This document shows, piece after piece, positions 50,797-60,600 of a DNA stretch of 62,963 bases (its first letter is position 1; each line of letters begins with the position of its first letter). The stretch is from Chitinophagaceae bacterium (GTDB lineage Bacteria > Bacteroidota > Bacteroidia > Chitinophagales > Chitinophagaceae), in contig JADLHL010000249.1 in the NCBI GenBank assembly GCA_020848815.1, positions 1 to 62,963 on the forward strand, written 5' to 3'. The notes beneath the pieces are model-generated. The model saw only the letters and a list, made by a program, of their open reading frames with translations, was not told where the DNA came from and did not search any database. The position numbers were made by a program, and so were the translations under genes.

Positions 50797-52128
50797 TTGC
50801 CATCAGCCCCACAACTGAAGTTTCGGTCGCCCTTAAGCATAGCACTCTATAGTGCCATGGCAGCTTTTCTTACCTACACCATGATCTTTGGTTTTCGTAA
50901 AACATTTACGGTAGCCACTTTTGATGGCCTTCAATATTGGGGGGTAGGGTACAAAACATTAATTGTAGTGGCTCAGGTGCTTGGTTACTTGTTGGCCAAG
51001 TTTTATGGCATTCGTTTTATCGCAGAAATGAAACGCCAACAGCGTTGGAAAATCATTTTGATGCTCACGGGTATTGCCTGGGTTTCTTGGTTGCTATTTG
51101 CCCTGTTTCCGGCACCCTACAACATTGTGTTTGCTGCCATCAATGGATTTCCGTTAGGCATGCTATGGGGTGTTGTTTTTTCTTACATAGAAGGCCGAAG
51201 AAGTACAGACTTTTTAGGGGCGGCTTTAGCGGTGAGTTTTATTTTCTCCAGTGGCTTTGTAAAATCCATTGGCGGCTGGCTCATGCAGCATTGGGGCGTG
51301 GCAGAATTGTGGGTGCCTTTTGTAGCAGGTTTGGCATTCGCTATTCCCCTTTTGCTGTTTGTATGGATGATGGAGCAAATTCCTGCTCCTACTGCGCAGG
51401 ACGAAGCAGAAAGAATGCACCGCAAACCACTTACCCTATTAGAACGACGCCAAATATTGAAAGAGTTTTGGCCGGGCCTCATTCTGGCTATTCTGGTGTA
51501 CGTATTTGCTACCATCTTCCGCGATATCCGCGACAATTTTAGCGCCGATATGTGGAAGGAACTGGGATTTGGTGAAAGACCGGCCATCTTCACCCAAACA
51601 GAACTACCCATCACCCTCGGTATACTGATGATGGTAGGCAGCCTCACCCTTGTACGTAACAGCAGCAAAGCGTTTATGATAGCCCACGTACTGATAGCCG
51701 CCGGATTTATTATCACCGGCGCCAGTAGTTTGTTATTTATGGCCGGGCAGGTGGAAGCATTTACCTGGATGGTGGGCACAGGAATGGGTCTGTACATGGT
51801 ATATATTCCCTTCAACTCTATTTATTTCGAGCGGATGATTGCTTCCTTTAAAATAAGCGGCAATGTGGGCTTTCTGATTTATTTGGCCGATTCGGCTGGC
51901 TATGTGGGCAGTGTAGCGGTTTTGGTTTCGAAAGAATTGCTACAGTTGAAAACAGCCTGGGTACCTTTTTTCAGCCAAAGCACTCAGTGGCTGTCATTAG
52001 CAGGTTTGGTACTCACTATTTTGGCCGCCATGTACTTTTTTAAAAAAGGTAGAAAAAAGGCACTGATGGATGGACTATCCGGAAAAGAAAATCGCCTCCA
52101 CGAGGGAGGCGACTTACAAGGAGTTTAG
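50797..52128 (+). CDS. DUF5690-like MFS-fold membrane protein
   Basis: About 12 TM segments with FRK.F, Y.EGRR.T, RDIRDNF and GNVGFLIYLAD motifs. Start uncertain. Confidence 0.7.
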   Translation: MPSAPQLKFRSPLSIALYSAMAAFLTYTMIFGFRKTFTVATFDGLQYWGVGYKTLIVVAQVLGYLLAKFYGIRFIAEMKRQQRWKIILMLTGIAWVSWLLFALFPAPYNIVFAAINGFPLGMLWGVVFSYIEGRRSTDFLGAALAVSFIFSSGFVKSIGGWLMQHWGVAELWVPFVAGLAFAIPLLLFVWMMEQIPAPTAQDEAERMHRKPLTLLERRQILKEFWPGLILAILVYVFATIFRDIRDNFSADMWKELGFGERPAIFTQTELPITLGILMMVGSLTLVRNSSKAFMIAHVLIAAGFIITGASSLLFMAGQVEAFTWMVGTGMGLYMVYIPFNSIYFERMIASFKISGNVGFLIYLADSAGYVGSVAVLVSKELLQLKTAWVPFFSQSTQWLSLAGLVLTILAAMYFFKKGRKKALMDGLSGKENRLHEGGDLQGV

Positions 52129-52195
52129 GGGTTTGCTTCAGAATCTGGTGTAAAGAAACACCATTGACAGGTCATAAAAAAGTGTACAAACCCCG
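52083..52195 (-). ncRNA. Candidate small RNA / 16-aa peptide transcript with terminator
   Basis: GGGGTTTG/CAAACCCC enclosing stem with an inner GGTGT/ACACC stem. Terminator TCGCCTCC/GGAGGCGA plus T-tract. ORF at 52175-52125. Confidence 0.35.
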
Positions 52196-52264
52196 CAATT
52201 ATTTAGCATTAAAATGCCAATTTGATTAGCAAAAAATGTAATTAACTGTAAATCAGTCATTTAT

Positions 52265-52322
52265 ACGAATTTGACAAATGTCAAATTCGTGCTGAAAAGA
52301 ATATTTTTTTGACATTTGTCAA
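52265..52322. promoter_or_regulatory. Two FNR/CRP-type palindromes TTGAC-N4-GTCAA
   Basis: TTGACAAATGTCAA at 52271-52284 and TTGACATTTGTCAA at 52309-52322. Confidence 0.7.
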
Positions 52323-52981
52323 ATACTTTTTTCAGAATTATCCGTAGATTGACGCAAAATGGAGCCTCGCAGTCTGCTGAGGGTCTCTAAAGTCATTCCT
52401 AAGTGTGAAGCAATGAACTTGAGCGAAACCCGGTTGACGAGTTCTGGCTGGTGTTCTTGAAAGTAGGTGTAGCGGCTGCTTGCCTTTGCCAGTCGAACTA
52501 AATATGCCCGTTCTTCTGCCTGCCGGTACAATTGTTGCAAAACCTTTCTTGCGGCGATGTTCAGTTCAGGGAATTTTTGATAGGCCACTTCTAAATCATC
52601 AAAATGTATGCCAATCAGCTCTGAGTCTTCCAAAGCCTGTATATTCTCTACGGAAGGAGATTGGTCGAAAAAGCTACTGATAGATGCTACCAGATCATTT
52701 TCTGCTGTAATCCAAGTGGTTGCTTCGTTTTTACCATCTACAATATATCCTCTAAAAAGGCCTTTGCTCACCAAAAATAAATATGGGCAAACCTGACCGC
52801 TGCGCAGCAAAAACTTGTTTTTGGGAATGCTGCATTGAAATGCTTTGCTATCGATAAAACGTGCAGCTTTTTCGCTGATAGGATGAAAAAAACGCAAAAA
52901 GGCCGATGGAAGGATGACTCCTGCCGGCACAGCAATTCTCGTTTTTTCTACAAAGTATAAGCCTTCAATGGAAGGATTCAT
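52319..52981 (-). CDS. Crp/Fnr family transcriptional regulator
   Basis: cNMP-binding-like domain (ENIQALEDS) and C-terminal HTH IASHLGMTLETLSRLR. Confidence 0.92.
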   Translation of the reverse strand: MNPSIEGLYFVEKTRIAVPAGVILPSAFLRFFHPISEKAARFIDSKAFQCSIPKNKFLLRSGQVCPYLFLVSKGLFRGYIVDGKNEATTWITAENDLVASISSFFDQSPSVENIQALEDSELIGIHFDDLEVAYQKFPELNIAARKVLQQLYRQAEERAYLVRLAKASSRYTYFQEHQPELVNRVSLKFIASHLGMTLETLSRLRGSILRQSTDNSEKSI

Positions 52982-53029
52982 AATCCGAATTTTGATGATT
53001 CGGGCATAGGGCTATTGCGAATTTAACGT

Positions 53030-53059
53030 AAAAAAGCCACTACAATTGTAGTGGCTTTT
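53030..53059 (-). terminator. fusA terminator
   Basis: AAAAGCCACTAC/GTAGTGGCTTTT. Confidence 0.85.
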
Positions 53060-53080
53060 GAATATTACGTTCCTAAGTAA

Positions 53081-55231
53081 TTAATCTTCAACCTTCAACT
53101 TGCCCTTTTGCTTGGCTATTACCTCTTCGGCAATGTTGTTTGGCGCAGGAGCATAGTGGCTGAATTCCATGGTACTCGTAGCACGGCCAGAGCTCAGTGA
53201 ACGCAGTTGGGTTACATAACCAAACATTTCGCTCAATGGTACTTTAGCTTTGATTACCTGAGCATTGTTGCGGCTGTCCATGCCTTCCAGCATACCACGA
53301 CGACGGTTCAGGTCACCAGTTACGTCACCCATGTATTGGTCAGGAGTGATTACTTCTACCTTCATGATTGGCTCCAGCAATACGGGCTTGGCTTTGCGGC
53401 CAGCTTCGCGGAAACCAGAACGGGCACACAATTCGAAGCTCATACCATCAGAGTCAACTGCGTGGAAACTACCGTCAAATACACGAACTTTCATGTTTAC
53501 AACAGGGTAAGCAGCAAGAACACCAGTACCCATGCTGTTTTCAAAACCTTTCTGGATAGGTCCTACAAATTCTTTCGGAATGCTACCACCAAACAGGTCG
53601 TTTACAAACTGGAAGTGCTTGTCAGGGTTCTCTTTTTGCCATTCTTCGTCCACAGGTCCGATTTCGAACTGGATGTCGGCAAACTTACCACGACCACCAG
53701 ACTGCTTCTTCAATACCTCACGGTGCTGTACAGTATGTGTGAAGGCTTCTTTATAGGCCACCATGGGAGCACCCTGGTTTACTTCTACCTTGAATTCCCG
53801 ACGCATACGGTCAACGATAATTTCCAGGTGGAGTTCGCCCATACCACGCAGGATGGTTTGGCCGGTTTCTTCGTCGGTATTTACACGCAGTGTAGGATCT
53901 TCTTCTACCAGCTTGGCAATGGCCATACCCATTTTGTCGACGTCGGCTTGAGTTTTAGGCTCAACGGCGATGGCGATTACAGGCTCAGGGATGAACATGT
54001 TTTCCAATACCACAGGGAATTTCTCGTCGCACAGGGTATCACCGGTTTTGATTTCTTTAAAACCAACAGCAGCACCAATGTCACCAGCTTCGATGAAATC
54101 AATCGGATTTTGCTTGTTGGCAAACATCTTCATGATACGGCTGATACGTTCGTTTTTACCGCTGCGCATGTTGCGTACGTAGCTGCCAGCATCGAGCCTA
54201 CCGCTGTAACAACGGAAAAACGCCAGACGACCTACGAAAGGATCGGTCATGATTTTGAAAGCCAGCGCTGCGAAAGGTTCTTTTACATCTGGCTTGCGCA
54301 GTACTTCTTCGCCAGTATCGGGGTTGGTACCTACTGTATCAGGAATGTCAACAGGAGAAGGCAGGTAGCGGCAAACAGCATCGAGGGCAGTTTGTACACC
54401 TTTGTTCTTAAATGAAGAGCCACACATCATCGGAACGATGCTCAGATCGATGGTAGCCTTGCGGATAGCTTCATGAATTTCATCTTCGCTGATGCTATCT
54501 GGATTATCGAAGAATTTTTCCATCAGCTGGTCGTCGTATTCTGCCACTGCTTCTACCAACTGGGCACGCCACATTTGAGCTTCTTCCACCATATCAGCAG
54601 GAATGTCTATTTCATCGAAGGTCATGCCTTCTGTTTCCATGTGCCAAATGATGCCCTTCATTTTAATGAGGTCAACCACACCCTGGAAATTGTCTTCGGC
54701 GCCAATAGGGAGCTGCAAAGGCACGGCCTTTGAACCCAGCATTTCACGTACCTGCTTCACTACATTGAGGAAGTCGGCACCGGAGCGGTCCATTTTATTT
54801 ACAAAACCAATACGGGGTACACCGTAACGGTTGGCCTGACGCCAAACGGTTTCAGACTGAGGTTCTACACCATCTACAGCAGAGAAGAGGGCAATCAAAC
54901 CATCGAGTACACGCATGGAGCGTTCTACTTCCACGGTAAAATCCACGTGTCCGGGAGTATCAATGATGTTGAAAGAGTACTCCTTGGTGTTGGCGTCTGC
55001 TTTACCTTTTACAGTAGGAAAGTTCCACTTACAGCTTACCGCTGCAGAAGTGATGGTGATACCACGTTCCTTTTCCTGTTCCATCCAGTCGGTGGTGGCA
55101 GCACCTTCGTGCACCTCACCTATGCGGTGGATCATACCTGTGTAGCGCAGAATACGCTCAGTAGTGGTGGTTTTGCCGGCGTCGATGTGAGCGGCAATAC
55201 CAAAGTTGCGTCTGAATTTGAGATCGGCCAT
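53081..55231 (-). CDS. fusA: Elongation factor G
   Basis: [23 protein letters not shown] and GMGELHL motifs. Confidence 0.98.
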   Translation of the reverse strand: MADLKFRRNFGIAAHIDAGKTTTTERILRYTGMIHRIGEVHEGAATTDWMEQEKERGITITSAAVSCKWNFPTVKGKADANTKEYSFNIIDTPGHVDFTVEVERSMRVLDGLIALFSAVDGVEPQSETVWRQANRYGVPRIGFVNKMDRSGADFLNVVKQVREMLGSKAVPLQLPIGAEDNFQGVVDLIKMKGIIWHMETEGMTFDEIDIPADMVEEAQMWRAQLVEAVAEYDDQLMEKFFDNPDSISEDEIHEAIRKATIDLSIVPMMCGSSFKNKGVQTALDAVCRYLPSPVDIPDTVGTNPDTGEEVLRKPDVKEPFAALAFKIMTDPFVGRLAFFRCYSGRLDAGSYVRNMRSGKNERISRIMKMFANKQNPIDFIEAGDIGAAVGFKEIKTGDTLCDEKFPVVLENMFIPEPVIAIAVEPKTQADVDKMGMAIAKLVEEDPTLRVNTDEETGQTILRGMGELHLEIIVDRMRREFKVEVNQGAPMVAYKEAFTHTVQHREVLKKQSGGRGKFADIQFEIGPVDEEWQKENPDKHFQFVNDLFGGSIPKEFVGPIQKGFENSMGTGVLAAYPVVNMKVRVFDGSFHAVDSDGMSFELCARSGFREAGRKAKPVLLEPIMKVEVITPDQYMGDVTGDLNRRRGMLEGMDSRNNAQVIKAKVPLSEMFGYVTQLRSLSSGRATSTMEFSHYAPAPNNIAEEVIAKQKGKLKVED

Positions 55232-55282
55232 AGTGGTCGTTTTATTGAATATGCGGGTTTTACCCTAAAAAATTTCGAGGCG

Positions 55283-55290
55283 CAAAAGTA
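55283..55290 (-). promoter_or_regulatory. fusA -7 promoter element
   Basis: TACTTTTG, 51 nt upstream of the ATG. Confidence 0.7.
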
Positions 55291-55378
55291 CAGGTAATGC
55301 GTGGAATAATTCAGCAAGGCAGTAAAGAAATTGTAAATGTGGATGCATAGTGGATAGCACCGGGGCAATAACATGCAC

Positions 55379-55407
55379 AAAAAAAGCCACCCGCTTGGGG
55401 TGGCTTT
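55379..55407 (-). terminator. Terminator upstream of fusA promoter
   Basis: AAAGCCACC/GGTGGCTTT plus T tract. Confidence 0.8.
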
Positions 55408-55426
55408 CAATATGGTGAAGGCAAGA

Positions 55427-55990
55427 TTACGCTTTGGCCATGTGCTGTGCAGGAGATGCCAGTAAGGCTTTGATGCCAAAGAATACACCACTAAACAATA
55501 TAGTTCCAATGAGGCTGGTACGTAAAAATGGAAGGCCGTCAATGTAGGTTTGCAGCAAACCAGCTGCGGTTTTGCTACGCATAAGGCCCCCGGTTGCAGC
55601 CCATACCTGAAAATTGGAGAGCAGGAAAAATACCACAGGAGCGGCCACGGCACCCGCCAGAATTTGTGCCGGCTTGCGTTCGCTAATGAAAAAACCAATA
55701 ACCGTAGTTGATAGAATAAGCACGTAGTTGATAAGCTGGCCTTTATAAAAACCAGCGTAAAAAGCAGGGTCGAAAGAACTCAATATTTGCATAAGCACAT
55801 CACTCACAAGCATGGAAGCCAGTGGAAGTAAGAAAGCCACTTTGCGGTTTTTGATAACACTGCCTGCAAATACTGCCAGTGCCAGCTGAGGAGCACCCAG
55901 CCATTCCGGCCGCATTTCGTAAGGTATAATACGGTAGATGGTGCAAATAGCAATCAGCAGGGCAAAAACCAGGGCAACGGATCTGTTCAT
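55427..55990 (-). CDS. DUF6580-like putative transport membrane protein
   Basis: 5-6 TM segments with P..ALAVFAG, P..SM.VSD, FFLLSNF.VW and Y..GLPF motifs. Confidence 0.7.
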   Translation of the reverse strand: MNRSVALVFALLIAICTIYRIIPYEMRPEWLGAPQLALAVFAGSVIKNRKVAFLLPLASMLVSDVLMQILSSFDPAFYAGFYKGQLINYVLILSTTVIGFFISERKPAQILAGAVAAPVVFFLLSNFQVWAATGGLMRSKTAAGLLQTYIDGLPFLRTSLIGTILFSGVFFGIKALLASPAQHMAKA

Positions 55991-56076
55991 TTGATTAAAT
56001 TTCCATTTAGAAGACGACAAAAATAGGCCAATTTGAATGCCAACCCCATCTGTACCATCAATAGTTTTTGCTGATT

Positions 56077-56445
56077 GTGGAAAAACCTGCCAACCATAGC
56101 AACCAATACACCGGCCAAAGGGGCGAAACTTACGCCTGCAACTACCTGAATGAAAAGGGGTATACTGTTTTGCACCGAAACTGGCGGTATAAAAAAACGG
56201 AAACGGATATTATAGCCAGCTACGAAAATGTATTGCATTTCATTGAGGTAAAAACCTTGAATGCTGCTGTATCAGCCCTGCCCGAACTAAAGGTAAACAA
56301 GGCTAAGCTGCAACAAATGAAACTAGGAGCAGCCGGATTTTTGGCAGAAAATCCGGAGTGGAATTTTATCCAATTTGACATTCTGGCCATCCGGTTTAAT
56401 GGTGAAAAAATGGCCGATCTGCTTTTTATTGAAGATGTGTTTTAA
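56077..56445 (+). CDS. YraN family protein
   Basis: G..GE..A..YL..KGY..L.RNWR, E.DII, FIEVKT and FDI pattern. Start uncertain. Confidence 0.88.
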   Translation: MEKPANHSNQYTGQRGETYACNYLNEKGYTVLHRNWRYKKTETDIIASYENVLHFIEVKTLNAAVSALPELKVNKAKLQQMKLGAAGFLAENPEWNFIQFDILAIRFNGEKMADLLFIEDVF

Positions 56446-56915
56446 ATGTGGTGATATTTTTCGCCCCTGATGATGGTGCAGGCACGGTACACCTGCTCTG
56501 CCAACATAAGCCGCACCAACTGATGCGGAAAAACCAGTTTGGACAATTGCCAAACAAGGTCGGCCCTTTTGCGCACCGCATCATTTACCCCAAAGGCCCC
56601 GCCAATGACGAAGTGGATTTTTTTAGCCCCATTGATAGCCCGCTGCTCTATCACCGAAGCCAATTCCGGAGAGCTCAGCATTTTGCCCCGCTCATCCAGC
56701 AGCACCACATAATCTACCGGGTCGAGTGATTTTAAAAGCAGCTCACTTTCTGCATCTTTTTGGTCGGCCACGGGCATACTGGCTGCATTTTTGGGTGGCG
56801 GTACCAGCTTCCATTCACAACCATAATAATGCGATACCCGCTGAGTGAAATCGTCAATTGCCTTTACCAGGCTGGCATCGTGCCGGGCACCCACCGACCA
56901 AAAAAGTATTTTCAT
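56442..56915 (-). CDS. rlmH: 23S rRNA pseudouridine-1915 N3-methyltransferase
   Basis: LDERG, FVIGGAFG, FPHQLVR..EQVYRA and YHH motifs. Confidence 0.96.
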   Translation of the reverse strand: MKILFWSVGARHDASLVKAIDDFTQRVSHYYGCEWKLVPPPKNAASMPVADQKDAESELLLKSLDPVDYVVLLDERGKMLSSPELASVIEQRAINGAKKIHFVIGGAFGVNDAVRKRADLVWQLSKLVFPHQLVRLMLAEQVYRACTIIRGEKYHHI

Positions 56916-57028
56916 ATTGCAAAGATGCAGGCATCGTGCCCAAGAGCCTTGTTTTGCTTTGCCTGATTTAACAGCATTGTGACTTCCAAACTGCTACATT
57001 CGCAGCAAATCAGTTTTGTTTGTTTTCT

Positions 57029-57616
57029 ATGAAAAATGTTTCCACCATTTTGAGTATCCTGTCACTCGCAGGGGTTGCAGGCCTTTTTGTAATGCAATTT
57101 GCAGGCGGTTCTTCCACTAGCAAATCAGCCAATGCCGCAGCCAAAACCGACAGCCATACTCATGGCCAAGTTGGCTATTTTGAAATGGACTCCATTGAGC
57201 AGCATTATGCATTTGTAAAAAACGTTCGTGACCAACTGAAAAAGGATGAAGACAACATCACGGCAGAGTTGGGTGGAATGAAAAAGAACTACATGGGTCG
57301 CATACAGCAATTGCAGGCAAAAGCGCCAACCATGAGCCAGCAAGAAGGCGAGGCTGCCCAGGCAGAAATAAACCAAATGCAAATGACCCTGCAACAGCGG
57401 GAAGCCAAGCTCACACAAGACCTGCAAGAAAAGCAGTTTAAGATGATGAAAGAAATCAACGATAAAATTGCTGATTTCCTGAAAACATTTAATGCCAACA
57501 AAAAGTATGCTTACATCATCTCACGGTCGCCGGGCGACTTTGTGTATTTTGCAGATAGCACTTACAACATTACAGATGAAGTAATAAAAGGACTAAACGC
57601 AGCTTACAAACAGTAA
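57029..57616 (+). CDS. OmpH/Skp family outer-membrane chaperone
   Basis: N-terminal anchor, GYFEMDSI, coiled coil and NITDEVIKGLN motif. Confidence 0.85.
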   Translation: MKNVSTILSILSLAGVAGLFVMQFAGGSSTSKSANAAAKTDSHTHGQVGYFEMDSIEQHYAFVKNVRDQLKKDEDNITAELGGMKKNYMGRIQQLQAKAPTMSQQEGEAAQAEINQMQMTLQQREAKLTQDLQEKQFKMMKEINDKIADFLKTFNANKKYAYIISRSPGDFVYFADSTYNITDEVIKGLNAAYKQ

Positions 57617-57630
57617 TAGCTGCAATATTT

Positions 57631-57670
57631 CAATAAAAAAAGAGTACAGTTTTGTACTCTTTTTTTATTG
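57631..57670. terminator. Bidirectional terminator
   Basis: CAATAAAAAAAGAGTACA/TGTACTCTTTTTTTATTG. Confidence 0.9.
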
Positions 57671-57674
57671 CCGG

Positions 57675-60600
57675 TTACTTATCATCAGCTGGTTTTTTCA
57701 GGAAGATTAACGCCTCTTCTTTATTGGATGAAAAAAGCTTATCGAACTCTTTGCGATAGCTGAGACTCACCCCCGCCCTGTTGCGCCGGCCGGCAAAATC
57801 CAGTGCGTCTTTTTTAAATAAAATAGCCCGTAACCTGCGGTTATTGGTGAGTATAAATTCAACACTTACATCGGGTAAAAACTGAAAGCCGGTGGATGTG
57901 GTATTGCGAACGTTCAAATCAAAATCGCTACCTAAATTGACCACTACCCTGTTGTTGAAATAACTTTTATTGAGCATGAAGTTAAAGTTCACCCGATCGT
58001 AGCCGGTGGGTGTGTTTACCGAACCGCCTACCAATGAATTTGAGTTATACACTTCGGTACTAAAGTCAATATTCAAACTTCTGTCGCCCGTTATTTCCTG
58101 AATAATGCTGGTGAGAATTTTACCCATCTGATTACTCAATAAGTCGCTGATAGTATTGACTGCTAAATCTGTACCGGGGTTGCGGGCTCCCACCCCTTCT
58201 TTGTAGGGGGCAAAAGATTTAAATACTATCAGGTAGGTTACCTGCCGCAGCATTTCACTTTTATCGCTTTCTATTTGCCGCAGCATTTGCTGTGCACTCA
58301 GGTTATTTTGCATGGCAGAGCCTTGCGGAAACTCAATACCGAAAGCAATATCAGGTTTGCTAAGCAACCCTGTAAGCCGGGCTTTTACATACACATCACC
58401 TTTATAATTCTGAGCCGATTGGTCCAGCACCGTTTGCCCCTGTTCGCTGGCCATTAAATCTCGCAGGCTCACACCTACGGCACGGTAGCGGGCCCCAATA
58501 TTCAGGTTGGCGTCGTAAGGATTACCATTCCATTCTATATAGCTGTTTTCGCCTCCATCAAGTGTAAATGGTTTTTTAAATAAGGTTTGAAAACTGAAGT
58601 TATAACTGCCAGATTCAATCTGATAACGTCCACGCATTTCAGTTTCTTCAGTAGTGCCGGTTTTTATTTTCAAATTACCTGTTCCATTTGCCTTGATAAT
58701 GTCACCGGTTGTTTCATCCATAATCACATCTATCTGGCATAGTGGAGTGGCTGTTAAATCAAGCTCGATGTGAATATTGGTTTCTGTGCTGTCGGCTTCA
58801 TTTTCCAACTCCCGGCCGTATTGTTTGAACACAATAAAATCGGCTGTGCCACTTTCCTTACTGAGCTTGTTGGCAATAATGATGTGTGAAGTATCGGTAG
58901 TGGCACCGGTAATCCGCATTCTCAAATTATTGAGTGGTCCGGTCAGATCGAAGCTGGCCTTTCCCACTGCTTGTCCGTAAAATAAATCGTTGTCTTTACT
59001 TCCTGTATTCAGCAACTGTAAGCCGTTTGACCGCATCCGCATATTAAAAGAAAGACTGTCGAAAAAACGGTGATACATCAATCCTTCCATGGTACCGTTT
59101 CTTCCTTTTTCATCTTTCAACTGCACTGTTCCAAAGTCGATATAATTATCGCCAAATAGCAGCCGTGTGGGTGCCAGCCAGTATGTGCATTGTGTGTATT
59201 CTACTTTTAGCCGGCCATCGTTCAGTAGCACGTCTCCCAGCAATGAAGGCGCATTCATTTTTCCTTTCAATGCCAGCTTGCCGGTGGCATATCCATCCAC
59301 ATCATCCAATATACCGTCAAGGTATTTACGCAGTACGTTTACACGTTCTCTGCGCAAGTCTACTTCAAGGTCTATTTGTTCATTGGCCGATTCGTTCAGG
59401 TTCAAAGAAAGCAGTCCACTGAAATCGTACCCGTCGTTTCTGGAATCAATCTTACTTTTCAATATTCTGGTTGCATGGTCGTATTGTGCTGTGCCTGTAA
59501 TTACACCAACCGAATCGTTGTTGAAGAAAAAGTTTTTTGCGGAAAATTCTGTCGTAACATAAGGTTTACCCATCAAATCCTGAATAACGGTTCGGGCACT
59601 CAACAACCCTTCAAGTCTTGGTTCAGTTACTACAAATGGCAATACATCGCCCATAATAAAGTCATCAATATCTACATACACATCATTCCAATAGCCATCG
59701 TCGGATGGCTTGGTGTACATTTTAATGCGTTGGTTATCGTTTTCCAACTGTAGCCCGTTGGATATGAGGTAGCCCTTCCGCATTTCAATACTGCCATTGC
59801 TTTTAACCGTCCATTTTTTGTTGTTCAGGATAAAAGAAGACTCTTCGAACCGTGCCTCAAAACCATCTGGCTTGCTAAAGAAAAATCCATTGAGAGAGGC
59901 GTTGCCCAGCGGCCCGTTGGTACGGGTCGTCAGCTGCACTTTGGTCGTATCGTTTACAGTATTAATGAGCATTTGAGCATTCGGAAAACCAATACTGTCA
60001 TTCACCAGCAATTCATCAATAGTACCTGTCAGCATCAATGCATGATTGCTACCGTTTGCCCTGATGGCCGTGTTGGTAAGCTTCACGCCTCCATACTCGA
60101 GGTAAGGCATATCCAAATTCACCAGCAGCTCATTTTGGCGGGTATCAAGGCTGCCGAGCAACGAAGTGTAATTGAGGCCTTTCAATTTGGGATCAATGAA
60201 ATCGAGAAAAGGTTCTACGTTTCTTGTTTCTATTGAAAAAGTGAGCAACTGATTGCGGGGCAGTTTTGCCGGTTTGTCTATTACAGAAGGATAATAGTTG
60301 TGCAAAAACGCCTGAAATCCATTGGGCAAATCGCTGATGTCAAAATCACCACTGATGTTGATATCGGCTTCGTTTGTTTGTACAATCAGCGTCTCAATAT
60401 TATTGGCATCAATAGAAGATTGGAGGTACAAAGAGTCGATATTCAACAGCTGCCGCTTGTTATACACTTCCGCATCATAAATGCGGGCATACCCCCTGAA
60501 ATCATCAATATTGGTACCTGTAAAATCAACATCAAACAAACCAGAAACCACCACCGAATCTTTGGTAAGTTGTAGTGCATGCAGGTTGGCATACGCTACA

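Noticed and set aside
55132-55698. 188-aa ORF spanning the DUF6580-like gene and the fusA start
   Set aside because: It is an alternative frame that crosses a terminator and a promoter.
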